Assembly: GCA_013265495.1 (NCBI GenBank)
Contig: MU058065.1
Coordinates: 6,386,302 to 6,450,301 of the forward strand
Source of the DNA: Vicugna vicugna
Lineage: Eukaryota
DNA length: 64,000 bases
Direction: 5' to 3'
Shown here: positions 37,207-49,714 of the stretch, piece by piece
Numbering within the stretch: the stretch's first letter is position 1
Layout of the letters: each line of letters starts with the position of its first letter
Translations under genes and position numbers: made by a program
Notes under the pieces: model-generated
The model's database searches: none
What the model was told of the DNA's origin: nothing
What the model saw: the letters and a program-made list of their open reading frames with translations, nothing else

Positions 37207-37335
37207 TTGCAACTGGCAAAGCGGACGAGTCCATCTGAAAAGAGGTAAATCCGAAGAGGATCGTAGGAGGTGACGTAAACATAGATTCGCAGATCAAACT
37301 TGCTGCCGCTGATGAGGTAGGGTTTGTGGAGATAC
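37207..37335 (-). CDS. TTLL4: TTLL4 coding exon 9 (129 nt)
   Basis: GTATAG|G...AA|GTATGT. YLHKPYLISGSKFDLRIYVYVTSYDPLRIYLFSDGLVRFASC contains the KFDLRxY motif. Confidence 0.97.
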
Positions 37336-37569
37336 CTATACAGGGAAAGGCCAACTTCAAGGACAGGAAAGATAAGCTACAGCTCAGTGGGTAATTGAGC
37401 CATGGCAAAAGCCAGCTAACAGTCCCCTGGGGATAAAGACCTTAAAAGAGTTGGCTGAGGAAGGTCTTTGACTGGGAGGACAAAGGACAAAGAACATTGT
37501 GAGAAGGGAACTTCTAGGCTGAGAAGATGGGAGGATGGGGAGCAGGATCGGAGCTGGAGACAGGCTTAC

Positions 37570-37652
37570 CTCTGTACTAGAAGGGGCCTTCGCTTGGGGA
37601 GCTGACTCCACTTGTGAATGACCTGGATGCCAATGCCTCGAGCGGATGCTGG
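37570..37652 (-). CDS. TTLL4: TTLL4 coding exon 8 (83 nt)
   Basis: TTCTAG|CCA...AG|GTAAGC. PASARGIGIQVIHKWSQLPKRRPLLVQ. Confidence 0.95.
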
Positions 37653-37756
37653 CTAGAAGTCAAGTGGAAAGGAGAGAAGATTTGTACCCGGCCTGACACC
37701 CCATTGTTCCCACTCTCAGGCCCTGGCCTGAGATCCACTAGCTGTGATTCACTCAC

Positions 37757-37948
37757 TGGTTTAACAATCCACTTTTGGCGGCTGCTGCTCTCCCAGGCTT
37801 TGCGCAGGAGCTTGGCATCCTGGGGCAGGATGAAGGACTGAGGGAAGAAACTGAACTCCTTCTTGCCAAAGCGGCTCTGCATGCGGGACAGGTTCCGCCA
37901 CAGTCGGTCCTTTCGCCCAATCTGGAATGAACCTGGGAAGTGGTTTAG
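37757..37948 (-). CDS. TTLL4: TTLL4 coding exon 7 (192 nt)
   Basis: CTGTAG|CTA...CCA|GTGAGT. LNHFPGSFQIGRKDRLWRNLSRMQSRFGKKEFSFFPQSFILP...KWIVKP. Confidence 0.97.
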
Positions 37949-38660
37949 CTACAGAAGGGACAAAGGGTGGGAACAGGGAGAAAGAGGGCCCAGATGAGAC
38001 CATAAGGAAGACAGTAAGACTATACCATTCGAACTTCCTTAGCAACAATCTAAGCTCTTGTTCCTTCTTATTATCACCGTCTAAAAGTCCTTAAGTATTC
38101 AGCTACTGAGCACTCACCAAAAGATGATTAAAACACAAACAAAACAAAATTTAGAGCTCTTTAGAAGCCAATAGTTCACAACATAAAATAGTAATTAAGA
38201 CAGACATAATATTCACCTTAACAGCATAGAAAAAGTTGTTAAGCCTTTTTCTATACCTATGGGACAAAGAGAGGAAAGCACCTGGGGGGACAAGGGACTA
38301 TTCATTCCAAGAGGAGACCAGAGTCCTCTTTACACATATTAAGCTTGGAGGAACACAGGCAGTATGCAGTGGTTATAGGAGAAACATAATAAACTGAAAA
38401 CAGACACTCCATCTCAAGACACATTAGAGAAAAAAAGTGTCTTTTAGAGGCTGTGACAGTCTAAGACACTGCAGCTGAACGACTAGACATGCATGATCTA
38501 CTGGGGTCTCATCCTGCACTCTCCTCCTGTACTTCCCCCACTCCTCTGTAAGCCTTCTTGACTTCTCCGCGGTTATCCTCCTCGTCCCCTACTTCCACCA
38601 GCAACCTCCTCTTGCCCAGTCCAAAGTCCAGGGGAAGAGCGGCTCAGAAAGGGTCCCTAC

Positions 38661-38737
38661 CTTCTGATGCTCCTGAATGGATCGGAAACTAGAAGACTTC
38701 ATGTGGTGACCCCAGCAGCCCAGCCAGTCATCATTTC
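38661..38737 (-). CDS. TTLL4: TTLL4 coding exon 6 (77 nt)
   Basis: CTGTAG|GA...AAG|GTAGGG. NDDWLGCWGHHMKSSSFRSIQEHQK. Confidence 0.95.
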
Positions 38738-39098
38738 CTACAGAAGGTACATCAGGAAATCAGGCCTACTAGCAGCTCAGCCCCCAGGACAGAGAGAGGA
38801 TCAGAGGCCCTAGGAATACCTCTGGGCCTGGGCATAGATCCCAGCCCCAGATTTCTAAGAGTTGCCATGGAGCTGTCCTACAGGAGGCCCTGGGGTCAAG
38901 AGAAGAACAATGGCCCTCTGTCTTCCAATTTTGATGATTAGGCTCTGGCCTGGAGGGATTTCAGAACTATGTACTCCTATGAAGTTGGGAACTTCAGGAC
39001 AGGGTCCCCATATAGCAGGAAGTATTTAGGGCTCTTATCCTGCCCAAAACCCATCTGTTGGGGCAGAAGACAGGCTCGCAATAAGGCAAGTGACTCAC

Positions 39099-39209
39099 TC
39101 TTGCTGATCTTGAAGTGGGACCGTCCAATGGTCTGCTTGACAATGTTGGGGGTCACTGTACTCATCTTCCACCGGAGAAGCTTCCTCTGCTCCCAGGGGA
39201 GTTTCTCAA
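39099..39209 (-). CDS. TTLL4: TTLL4 coding exon 5 (111 nt)
   Basis: CCCTAG|TT...A|GTGAGT. EKLPWEQRKLLRWKMSTVTPNIVKQTIGRSHFKISK. Confidence 0.95.
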
Positions 39210-39644
39210 CTAGGGGAAAGTGGAGGGGGGGTGTTGAGAAGAGCAGGAGAGTCATGGTGAGAAGAGGAAAAAGACGGCACTGTTGTTCAACCTTCCCTAG
39301 TTACGCAAGTCACTACGTATTGTTCCATATCAGTTTCAAAGGAGCACACTTTGGGGAAGAAAGGGGCTACACAGAAATGAAGAACACTCAGCGGAGAGGA
39401 GGTTGAAAGGGGAAAGATACAAGTTTAGAAGGCAAGAATGAAGCATGAGATTATGGCGCTGAGAGGGTTGGCTACAGGATGGACAAGATAAAGATCCCCA
39501 CATTGGACTGGTGAACCAGGCTGGGAACCAAGCACCAATACAGCCATTCTGAAAAGCTGCTTCCACCCTATTGCCACCTCCTCCCAACTTCACCAACACC
39601 CTTCTCCTGGAGGCTCTTCTAGTCTGACACTTGGCCAGATTTAC

Positions 39645-39766
39645 CTCTCTCATCCTGAGTGCCAAAATAGATGGTAGGGGGCACGTTGGGAAAAAGACTG
39701 TAGATGAGGGCTGGTCGGATAATTTTCTCACTGGAAAGGGGTTTGGTCAGAATGTCCATGCAGTTC
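39645..39766 (-). CDS. TTLL4: TTLL4 coding exon 4 (122 nt)
   Basis: TCTTAG|G...G|GTAAAT. NCMDILTKPLSSEKIIRPALIYSLFPNVPPTIYFGTQDER. Confidence 0.95.
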
Positions 39767-40869
39767 CTAAGAAGAAAAAGAGATATGTGGTAGAGAAAGG
39801 GAAAGCCACAACCCTGGGGGCTATTACTATTACATATCATTTCTTTCAGGGTGCTATCTTTAAAGTTGTGATTTTACAAAGCCAAGTTCTCAATAATTAT
39901 TTTGCAAATACTAATCAATAAGGTGCTAGAGCTAACCTAGACACAGCCACACCATTAAATGTGACCTAAAGACAAAGTTTTCCAATACTTCATTCTGTGA
40001 CACAGCTCCAAAATTTCCTGTGACAAGCCACAGGCTGGGGAGGCCCCTGAAAAGAGTGTCTCTGAGAGCAGGTAATGAGTTTAAGTGGATATTAGTAGAG
40101 GAATCTGCTATACGAAGACAAACAGAAATAAATGAGGAGGGGGGGAAAAAAGATATGGATAACTAAAAGGAGGAAAAGCAGGAAAGAGAGAAAAGACCTA
40201 AGAAGAGGTATAGAGAGTTTTTAAAAGAAAAAGAGGGAAAAGCAACAGAAAGAAAAGGAACAGTGATACTTCTAACTCATTTTATATTTATCTGACAATA
40301 TATGGATGACTAATGCTCTTCTCTCTTTTGGAAATGACTCATGACATCAGATTTTTATGTAACAGTGCGGTAACGCAGCCTGGGAATCTGGGGCAGTGGG
40401 CCATGGGGTCCCTACTGTTATCCTAACAATGTCTCGGTCAAGTCTATCTCAAGGAATCTCAAAATAGTGTAAACTTCAACTATCTATGGGCTACAATCTG
40501 ACAGACCCAGACCATTTCTTTAAATAGCACTGAGAACAGAGAGAACAGTTATTACTCTCTATAATGAGCTGATATAATCCAAAAATATTACTATTTAAGA
40601 TTAATTTTTAACTTACAAAGAGCCACTCTCAGTTGTTATTTTGCAGCGAAACAAAAATAGGCACTGTATGTAAAACACTTCAGTGTTTTAAACCTTAGAG
40701 ATTTTTAATGAATTTTATTGGGTCAAGTTAAATATTAATTCATAATTAAATAATTCCAACTAATTAAATTCTATTCCTCATTTCCAAAATATTTTACTTC
40801 AAAGGCTCTTCATTCACTGAGTAATTAAGATTGTTGAAAATCAAGGAGAATGAGTTAAGATTTAAAACA

Positions 40870-41560
40870 AAGATAGGAATGTAAAATGGTACAATCACTC
40901 TGGAAAACAGTTTTGGTGGGTTCTTAAAAAACTAAACATGCAATTACCATACAACCCAGCAATTGCACTCCCAGGCATTTATCTCAGAGAGATGAAGATT
41001 TACATTCACACAAAAACATGTACACAATGGTTTAGAGCAGGTTTATTTGTAACGGCCAAAAACTGGTAACGACCAAAATATCCTTCAGCAGGTGACTGAT
41101 TACACAAATTGTGGTTCATGTACACCATGGACCACTACTCAGCAATATAAAGGAGTGAACAATGGATACACAAAACAACCTGGATCAATCTACAGAGAAT
41201 GCGCTGTGTTAAAAAAAAAAAAAAGCCAATCCCAAAAGGTTACATATGGCTATCATTCCATTTGCGTAACATTCTTGGAACAACAAAATTATTGGTTGCC
41301 AGGAGTTAAGAAAGGGTAGGGAGTAGGAGGGAATTAGGTGTGGCTATCAGGGTAACAGGAGAGATTCTTGCAGTGATGGAAATATTTGTATCTTCACTAA
41401 GGTTAATGTCTTGGTTGTACTATATTGTACTACAGTTTTGCAAGATATTACCACAGGGGGAAACTGAGTAAAGAATTCAGAGGTATTATTTCTTAGAACA
41501 GCATGTGAATCTACGATTGTCTAAAAATCAAAAGTTTAACTGAAAAAGAAAAGAAAAGAA
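40870..41560 (+). mobile_element. Old L1 (L1MC/ME-type) 3' fragment
   Basis: GGAATGTAAAATGGTACAATCACTCTGGAAAACAG...CCCAGCAATTGCACTCC...AAAAGTTTAA. Confidence 0.75.
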
Positions 41561-43558
41561 AATTTGTTAGCTGCCTCTCAAGAGTACTGAACTTAACCTC
41601 AAGAGGCCTGGTCTAGCAGTGCTGGAAACATTGACCTTGCATATAGTTACTTAACTTCTTTGAGCCTCAATTTTCATATCTGAAAAAAAGAGGCTGGACT
41701 TGACGATCGTCATCTCTAAATTTACGCAATTCTTAGAAAAAGAATATGGAACAGGAAACCTAATAAACAACTGCTCGGTAGAGAAATAAATACAGGTAGT
41801 GTTTTCAATAATCCTGTGATTACCAAATGTTCTATAATAAATATATAAATCTTTCATAATTGGGAAAAAGTAAGATTTTTAGCAATCCAAAAGTATTTCT
41901 CATCTTAGCCAAAATGCAAAGTGGTTTAGCATTCATCAACCTCCATTTGCTTGAAAACTCATGTTTTAAGCTTTGTGTAGATTGTACATTTTGTAGAAGT
42001 TAAATTAATTAATGAGAAAATTATTAACAAACACCTTTTGTGAATTTTATCTTATAAATCAGAAAGGTTAAATAAAGGGCTGTGCAGCTATCTTGAATTA
42101 GGCCTGAAGACAAACCCAGATCACCCTTAAGTGTGGAAAAGGGACCCCAAGTCAATTACATGTTAAATATATTTCTCTTATGGAGAATGGAGGCCCTTAG
42201 TCAATATCCAACATATGCAACCAGAAGCAGCTTTTCTTTTCTGAAAAGAAAGATGGGTTAGGCTTAAAGTAACAGAATTTATGCAACAGACTGAGGGTAC
42301 CTATGACAGGATTTCTATCCACCTTCACAGAAAGTCCCAATTCTGTCTCTCCATCTCCCAAACAACTCTTTCCACCTTGCTGGTTTGGGACTGGTATGGC
42401 TGCTGACACCATCATATTCACAGAGATGCAGTCTGCCTCATCCATACTAACCTTAGATAAAGCTAACTTTTCCTCTTAGCTTCATCTAAGGCATAGCTGA
42501 CACAAAGAAAAGCCACCAGAGTCTGGCTGCTCCACATGTTAGGCAAGCCTTGACATACATGGCCAGATTTTAATTAAATTAGAATAGGAATTTTGTTTTA
42601 CATTTCAGTAGAAGTTATTTTTAAAGAGAAAAAGACTTTATGTATAGTACTTTGTGAGAATTCTTTTTAATACTGAATAACAATTGATGACAGAGCTTCA
42701 TATAGAGACAAAGTTGGAAGTGATGAGGGGAACAAGGAAGATTATATTGAAGAATGCTTCTACTAGAAAGGTAGTCTATATGATCCTTAAGCAAGTTCTA
42801 AAAATCTTTAGCACAATGACATGTCCTCATTTACAGGAATTTCCTCATAGTCCTGCATTCCTTCCTCTCCCCAGGCTCCTCAGTTATGCAGCATTCCACA
42901 ATTATCTGCTTTACAGAAGAAGGGCTTACGTTAAGAGAGTGACATTTTGGTTTCCTAGTTAGAGTTCCTAGTTAGATTCCACTCAGATTTCATCAAGGGC
43001 AGTAAATAAAATAATCTAGATTAAAGCTAGAGAATTTTTTATTCAATTTCTTATTAGTAAGGTCAATTTCAGAATATAAAACTGAGAGCAAAAGAGCATT
43101 GCAGAAAGCTCCAGTTAGTGATATAGCTATCTCAGAACTGTTTCTGGCAGTGGCATACATCTATAGTGAAGGTGGCATCTACACCCATGTGGGCAGCCTA
43201 ACTAAGAATCTACCTCAAACATTATGTCTCTTCCTTAATTAGTTATTAATTTTCCAAACACTTCTTTAGATTACTTGAATTTTACTTGAACAATTTCTTG
43301 GAGACTAAAGACCAAATTGCAGCCTAAGGAACATAGTACTATTTTTAAGCCCAACTGATGCAATATGCTTCTGGTCCCTTCCATTGCTCCCTGTTTGAAA
43401 ACTAAAGTCCTAAATGTAAAAATCTGGTAAAAAGAAAAAATGAGTTAGGGTTAATAGGGCCATTGATTAATGACTTAGGTGATTAATCTCTTTATATAAT
43501 CTTAAAGAGACAGAAAATAGGCATCTAAGAACAATCCACATAGCCAACCAACACTCAC

Positions 43559-43622
43559 CGAGAGATCACTGCTACTGACTCGCTGCGGGAGACAGCACTG
43601 AATGAGGAGCACTCTGAGTCTG
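43559..43622 (-). CDS. TTLL4: TTLL4 coding exon 3 (64 nt; alternative NAGNAG start at 43619)
   Basis: CCCCAG|CAG|AC...CG|GTGAGT. DSECSSFSAVSRSESVAVIS. Phases 1/2. Confidence 0.9.
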
Positions 43623-43972
43623 CTGGGGAAGAGCAGAGAAGTTCCCGCTGGGAGAGGCTGCCACGCAAACTCACCAAGCCCAAGCAGCTCCTCCCCAGAC
43701 ACCTTGGCTCAGTCTTCTTGCAGAACCACAAATAGCCACTGCTGCCTCGCACGGCCTTCCCTGAGCGCGACAGCAGCAAGGAGAAGGCAAGACTGGTGGA
43801 TGGAGAACTAGAGAACAAAGTCCCCCAAAAGCCACTACTGCCCAGAGACCCCCAAGCTGAATGATAAATGTAGGTGACAGAGTGAGTCAAGGATCTGGTA
43901 CACAATTGTTAGCCCCCTTCCCCAGCAGTGGTGACCAATTCTGGGTTGGAGGTGAGAGGGTCCCCTACTCAC

Positions 43973-44082
43973 CCTCCTCCTCTTCATTCTCATCATGGCT
44001 ACAGCAGTCTTCCAACCCATCTATTAGCTCTTCTTCCAGATCTTCAGCTTCAACCTGGTCTAGCTGGAGGTCAGTAGCTGAA
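43973..44082 (-). CDS. TTLL4: TTLL4 coding exon 2 (110 nt, acidic)
   Basis: TTATAG|T...G|GTGAGT. SATDLQLDQVEAEDLEEELIDGLEDCCSHDENEEEE. Phases 2/1. Confidence 0.93.
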
Positions 44083-44621
44083 CTATAAGAAAGAATCATG
44101 TCCCCAGCCCAGCCAACTCCATAAGAGAGGTCACAGTTAGATTCTCCTTCCTTCATCATCTCCCACTGTTTGTCTCTTCCCCAGTCACCAATCTGCTGTC
44201 TTGTGCCCAGGCCTTACAATTCATTTCTCTTGCCCTCAGAATTTAGGTCTAGTCATGGTTCCTCAACCCTACAGCCCCTATTCTGCAGAGAGGCACTATG
44301 CTTTCCATCTTTTTTGAAGTTCCTCATAGCATATAAATACAAAATTGTGCATACAGATCACCATCAATAAATGTGTGAAAATAGACTTCAAAGGCCCAAG
44401 ACCTCTCTCTGGGAACACAGAACAAGGCCCTAGTGGCCAAGGTTCCAGAGAAGTAACGAGGTGCAAGACAAAAGACCAAGGATGTATATGCCTTAACTCT
44501 GAAATGACTGTCAAACCACAAATGACTGAGAATCTGATTCGGTTTGGAATTAAGCAGAGAAACCACAGTCCCCAGCACATGATATTTGGTATTCTTATAT
44601 TTCCCTGGTTATAACCTGAAA

Positions 44622-44842
44622 CAGGAGTTAGAAAACACTTCCTCTAAAGAACCAGATAATAAATATTTTCAGTTTTGAGGGCCATTCAGTCTATTGCAAC
44701 TACTCAATCCTATCATTATAACAAGAAAGCAGCCGTAGATAGTAGTAAATGAATGAGTATGGCTGCATTTCAATAAAACCTTATCTACACAAGCAGGCAG
44801 AGGGTGGCATTTGGCCTGCAATGTGTAGTTTGCCAACCTCTG
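44622..44842. mobile_element. hAT-Charlie MITE (MER58A-like)
   Basis: Imperfect terminal inverted repeats CAGGAGTTAGAAAAC / GTTTGCCAACCTCTG. Internal AAATATTTTCAGTTTTGAGGGCCA and TTCAATAAAACCTTAT motifs. Confidence 0.75.
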
Positions 44843-44973
44843 CCCTAAAGTGAAAACCAAAATTCTAGGGCAGTTAAAAAAACAAAACCAACCTTCAGAG
44901 ACATAGGGTCAGTGTCACAAAATGTATATACATTCTACAGCTTTAAATGAACCAAAAACTTTCTCCAACTTAC

Positions 44974-46451
44974 CCAATATCCTTAGCAGGTGAGTCCAGC
45001 TCCCTGGCTTCCTTAGGCCCCTCCCTCCCAAGTTTGCCCAGATGGATGGAAGAGAGACGGGTGGCCACCTCGGCTATACCAAGGGACTGAGGAGAAGGCA
45101 GAACTGGGGTTTTATCTTCTCTAAGAGGTGGGGAGTCGACAGCAGATCCACAGGCAGGGCTGCAGCTGAGCCCATTGGTGTGTGAGGCAAGGAGGTGAAT
45201 GCTGATGCGTTTGGTACAGAAGACTGTACTGTCCAACTCCAAGGTGTCCGAGGCTCCAGGGAGGACCCCACTGTCTGCCCCAGCGCCCTCCCCGAGGAGC
45301 TGCTGGCCTACCACAGGAGGCTTCCACCGTCTGTTCCTGTTGAGGAGACCCCACTGCAGACGGGGGCTCATGAAATAAGACTGTTCAAAATGATAGCTTT
45401 GCCTCGGCTTCTTCTCAAAGCCTCTTGCAGTCAACTTCCTCACAGCCTCAGTGAACTGAACCTCCTTAGTCAGAGCCTGGGAAACAGAATCACCATCCAG
45501 GCCATGTGGCTCTGCCCTCGTGGCTGTGTTACTCTGGCTGCAGTGGGGAGAGGCAACGCTGGTGGTGGAAGTGTCTAAAGAGCTAGGGGTAGACAGGGTG
45601 CTCTGGGAAGGGGCCTCATCCAGGACAGCACCATGGCTCCTGGGTACCTTGTGCTCGACTGGCTGGAGGACACAGTCTCCGGTACCCCCCGGATGATGCC
45701 AGGAGACAAGCTGGATCTTGGTTGAGGATACTGGTTTCAGGCCCTCTGTGGCCTGGGATAAAGGCACTTTAGTGCTATTTGGCCGCATGAAGGAGTTGTT
45801 ATTTAGCATGGGCTTGTAGGAAGAGGAAGAAGAGAAGAGAGGAGATGGGATCTTCCCTGAGATGGCAGAGGCCAGGCTCTTCCCCGAAGGATTTTCCCCA
45901 GCTGCTCCCAGCGAGAGGTATGGATCTGTGGATGAGGATGCCATGGGGGAGACCTTGGAAGAAGTGACCTTACTGGCAGTGAGTCTGACAGGGAGGCTCT
46001 TTTGAGGGAGAGAAAAAGGTCTTTTTTGTGACAGGCTTGAACGCAAGCACAAAGACTCCAGCTGCTGGTATGGTTGGTGCCCGTAGTTGGAGCGGCGATA
46101 CAGCAGGGTATTGCTGAACAGGCCCGGGAGAGAGTGCAGGTGACAGGAGTTGCTGTGGCCTGCAATGACAGCTGTGGTCCCAGAGCTACATAAAGTGCTG
46201 GGGCAAAAGAAATATGCTGGCTGTGGTGGCACACCCAAGAGCCCCGGGCCCAGCCCTGTGGAAAGTGTCCCCACGTGCTTCTTCTCCAGCTTCCAGATTG
46301 GCTTCACCTGCTGATGAGCCTGAGCCCAAACTTTGCTCTCAGAGGGTTTCTCAGGTGGTGGGGGAGGCACTGTGCCTGAGGGACCACTCTGCTTAAAGCT
46401 GTTTCCCTGGTGGAGGCCAACACTGTAGTGCTCTGTTCCCGCTGAGGCCAT
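44974..46451 (-). CDS. TTLL4: Tubulin tyrosine ligase-like 4 (tubulin monoglutamylase), first coding exon (1478 coding nt; exon begins at 46549)
   Basis: 493-aa ORF MASAGTEHYSVGLHQGNSFKQSGPSG...QAHQQVKPIWKLEKKHVG is the TTLL4 N-terminus. Acceptor CCCCTTCAG|GCC at 46550/46549, donor GG|GTAAGT at 44974/44973. The 18 exons sum to 3591 nt with all phases compatible. Confidence 0.97.
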
Positions 46452-48437
46452 GAGGGGTCCACATCACGGCCACATAGCCTCATGGCCCGGCTCAGGTAAG
46501 GTGCCATGCACCTCCAGTAGTAGCAGCTGCATCCTTGAAGTCCGTCGGCCTGAAGGGGAGAGAAACAATTGGGGACGTCTCAGTCCCAGGAAGACAGACA
46601 CAAGGCTACAATGATTCCCCAGGCAAGCAAGAGTCCCACTTCAGCACTTCCTGGGCAACCAGTCTTGGTCATCATTTGGGGCCCTGGGAGAATAACACTA
46701 GAGTTCTAGGGTGTTTTCAGTGGTCTTCCTGCTACCCTCAAGCAATCAAAGCCAACTTCATCACGGACTGGGACACTGAGGTGCCACTATTGTGAATCTG
46801 CTCACATGTTCCCACCCTCTCACTCAGAGAGCTCTTCCCTCTTTCTCCAAAGAAAAATTTCCCTTTCTGTCTCATCCTCACGACTTTATATGAGTGGCTT
46901 CCTTCTCTCACCTGACACCAGCATGGCTAGGAATAAGGCAAGTCTGGGTGTGGCAGAGAAACCAGCCAATACCCTCCTCATCAATCAACACTTAATGGTC
47001 AAAGATTGTTTCAAAAGCATTGACTGCTCCCTGACCAACTCTCAGCAGCCCCTGGTGTGGTCTGCTTTTCACAGTTAAGTGTGACAACTTCAGATAAGAG
47101 CAGAGATTTCTCCTGCTGACCTCTGGAGTTCAATCTGGAGCTAAGGCAGTAATTTTACCTCTTTAAGAGCCTTGCTATATAGGCTTAAATTCCATCCAAT
47201 GTGTTGGTGGGAAAGAGAACAAAATGGAACCAAACTCTAACATTATTTTTACTTAAACTGACTGTATTTCCGGCAGCCACGATGAGACAGGAGAGTTCAG
47301 GGAGTAGAATATAGAGGTGAGAAGGAGAGGAGAGAAACTTTCTTTATTCCAAATCCCAGGCTGATCTCAGGGAGGGAGAACCCGTCTCTCACATTTCCTC
47401 ATTCAATCTTTCCTCTAACGCAAAACCTCTGAACCAGCCTGTAGTTCTGGGTCCCAGATAGTTTATCATGGTCACTTACTTTTTAAATAAAATTCACAAA
47501 ATATTCTGCAGTTATCACAATGGTAGGGAAAGGTGGGCCTACTTTCATGACAGTATCCAAGGGGGGAAAAAACAAGACCCATCTATAAGAAGTCATTTAT
47601 CTGGGATAATTCTGAATGGAATCCTAGCATCCTTATCAGGTGTTTTTAGAATGGCTAGAGAGAAGGAATTAGCAGATTTTTTTTTTTTTGCTCAAGTTAT
47701 ATTTAAGACACAAACTTCAATGGGGAGAGGACTTTGTATTTTGATAGGTGAACAACAACCAAAGAAGATCCTCATTCCCGTCTACAGCTACAGGAACTGC
47801 TGGTGTCATCCACCACCAAAAAGCCTGCAGAAGGCACTGCCCCCTTTTCCTGCAAAGGCTGACCTACACTGTGCAGGGGACAGTTACACTTTGTGCACTT
47901 ATGGAAGAGAAACATACACAAAAGGAAGAGTCAAATCCTGCCAGTGATCTTAAAGATCACACACGAGTGTGTGTCATGTACACTCAACAGATTCACAGTT
48001 TCAATTCACGTTTCAGGAATCCACATATTTCCCCACCGATGCAACACAACAGATACACCAGAAACTTTGTGCAGAGTAGCTTGAAGAATATGAAGTAAAC
48101 AGTATCACTCATAACAGCATCACATACAAATGCTCTAACCTGTATCACTGTTTTTGGTTCAGAAGTAGTATCTGGTTTAACAAGGAAATGATGATTGCTA
48201 AAGTAACCTTCTTCTTCCTCCTTACAGAGACTCCTGATGAAATCAAAACTCCATGTGATAGGGAAGCAGAGACCTAGCTAGAATATTCAGGCAGCCTGGG
48301 TCCCAGGCCCCCGACTGTTGCCACAGGTCTCATCTTTTCCCGCATGTTGTCCTCAACGGCATTGGCACTCACGTGCCAGAGAATGATCCCATCACCTTAA
48401 GGGAATGCAGTGTGATAACTTTTAAAAAGCTCTAGAA

Positions 48438-48650
48438 GGGAAGAGAGTATAGCTCAAGTGATAGAGCACATGCCTAGCATGCCTGAGGTCCTGGTTCAAT
48501 CCCCTGTATTTTCTCTAAAAATAAACCTAATGACCTTCCCCTCCACCACCAAAATAAAATGAAATAATTAAAGTAATACAATAAATAGAATAGAATAAAA
48601 TAAAATAGAATAGAATAAAATAGAATAAAATAAAATAAAATAAAATAAAA
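48438..48650 (+). mobile_element. tRNA-Ala-derived SINE (Vic-1-like) with (AAAAT/AGAAT)n tail
   Basis: GTATAGCTCAAGTGATAGAGCACATGCCTAGCATGCCTGAGGTCCTGGTTCAATCCCC followed by a simple-repeat tail. Confidence 0.85.
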
Positions 48651-49144
48651 TGCTATTGATCTTTCTGACTTTATCTGAGCCACTCTTCACCCTCACCAGA
48701 CATGTTCCCACCTGTGTTCCCAGGTCTTTATTGTTGCCTCTGAAATACTAAGTTCCCTCACTCAGAATTCAGCTAGTATCACCATCTCAAAGAGCCTGTC
48801 TACCCTAATACTACACCATTCCTAATCATTCCGTATCACATTACCTTGGACTAGTCTGTTTCATTCCTCCACTATCTAAAAGTATAGTATATTAATATTT
48901 CCTTTTATCTGACAAAAGCAATGGAAGGATAAACAAGAACTGATTTTTTTTAAAGGTTACCAATCGGGTATGAGATTTATCTGTGTATACCTTTTACTAT
49001 CATTTTAATTTCTGAGATATATAAATGAATCAAATGGTCAAAACCCATATTAATTATATTTTAAAATCAAAACTTCAACTATTTATGCATTCCTTTGCTG
49101 TCTAGCTTATCTTCCAGAATGAAAGCTCTTAAAAAACTAGGACC

Positions 49145-49544
49145 AAAATACCATATGAGATCGCTCATATGTGGAATCTAAAGACTCATGGACAGAGAAT
49201 ACAGACTTGTGGTTACCAGGGGGGTAGAGGGTGGGAAGGGATAGACTGGGATTTCAAAATTGTAGAATAGATAAACAAGATTACACTGTATAGCACAGGG
49301 AAATATACACAAAATGTTATGATAAATCACAGAGAAAAAAATGTGACAATGAGTGTGTATATGTCCATGAATGACTGAAAAATTGTGCTGAACACTGGAA
49401 TTTGACACAACATTGTAAAATGATTATAAATCAATAAAAAAATGTTAAAAAAAAAGCAAACATGGTGTATATGTTAACAGTGGAATATTATTCAGCTATA
49501 AAATAAAAGGAAATCCTGCCATTTGTGACAAAAAAAAAAAAAAA
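49145..49544 (+). mobile_element. Young 5'-truncated L1 3' end with a 74-bp 3' transduction, inserted into an L2 remnant
   Basis: Perfect TSD AAAAAACTAGGACC at 49131-49144 and 49545-49558. Two A tracts (49447-49455 and 49530-49550). Confidence 0.88.
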
Positions 49545-49714
49545 AAAAAACTAGGACCTTGTTCACACAGTGTATGCCCAGCCCTGGAAATGTAATCAAG
49601 GCTCATTAAATATTTGCTAAAAAACAAATACATCTAAAGCAGGTACAACCAGCAAAGCCACAAGTTGAACCTTTTCAAATTAAACTTGTGCTCCCCTCCT
49701 ATAACCATCTCCTT

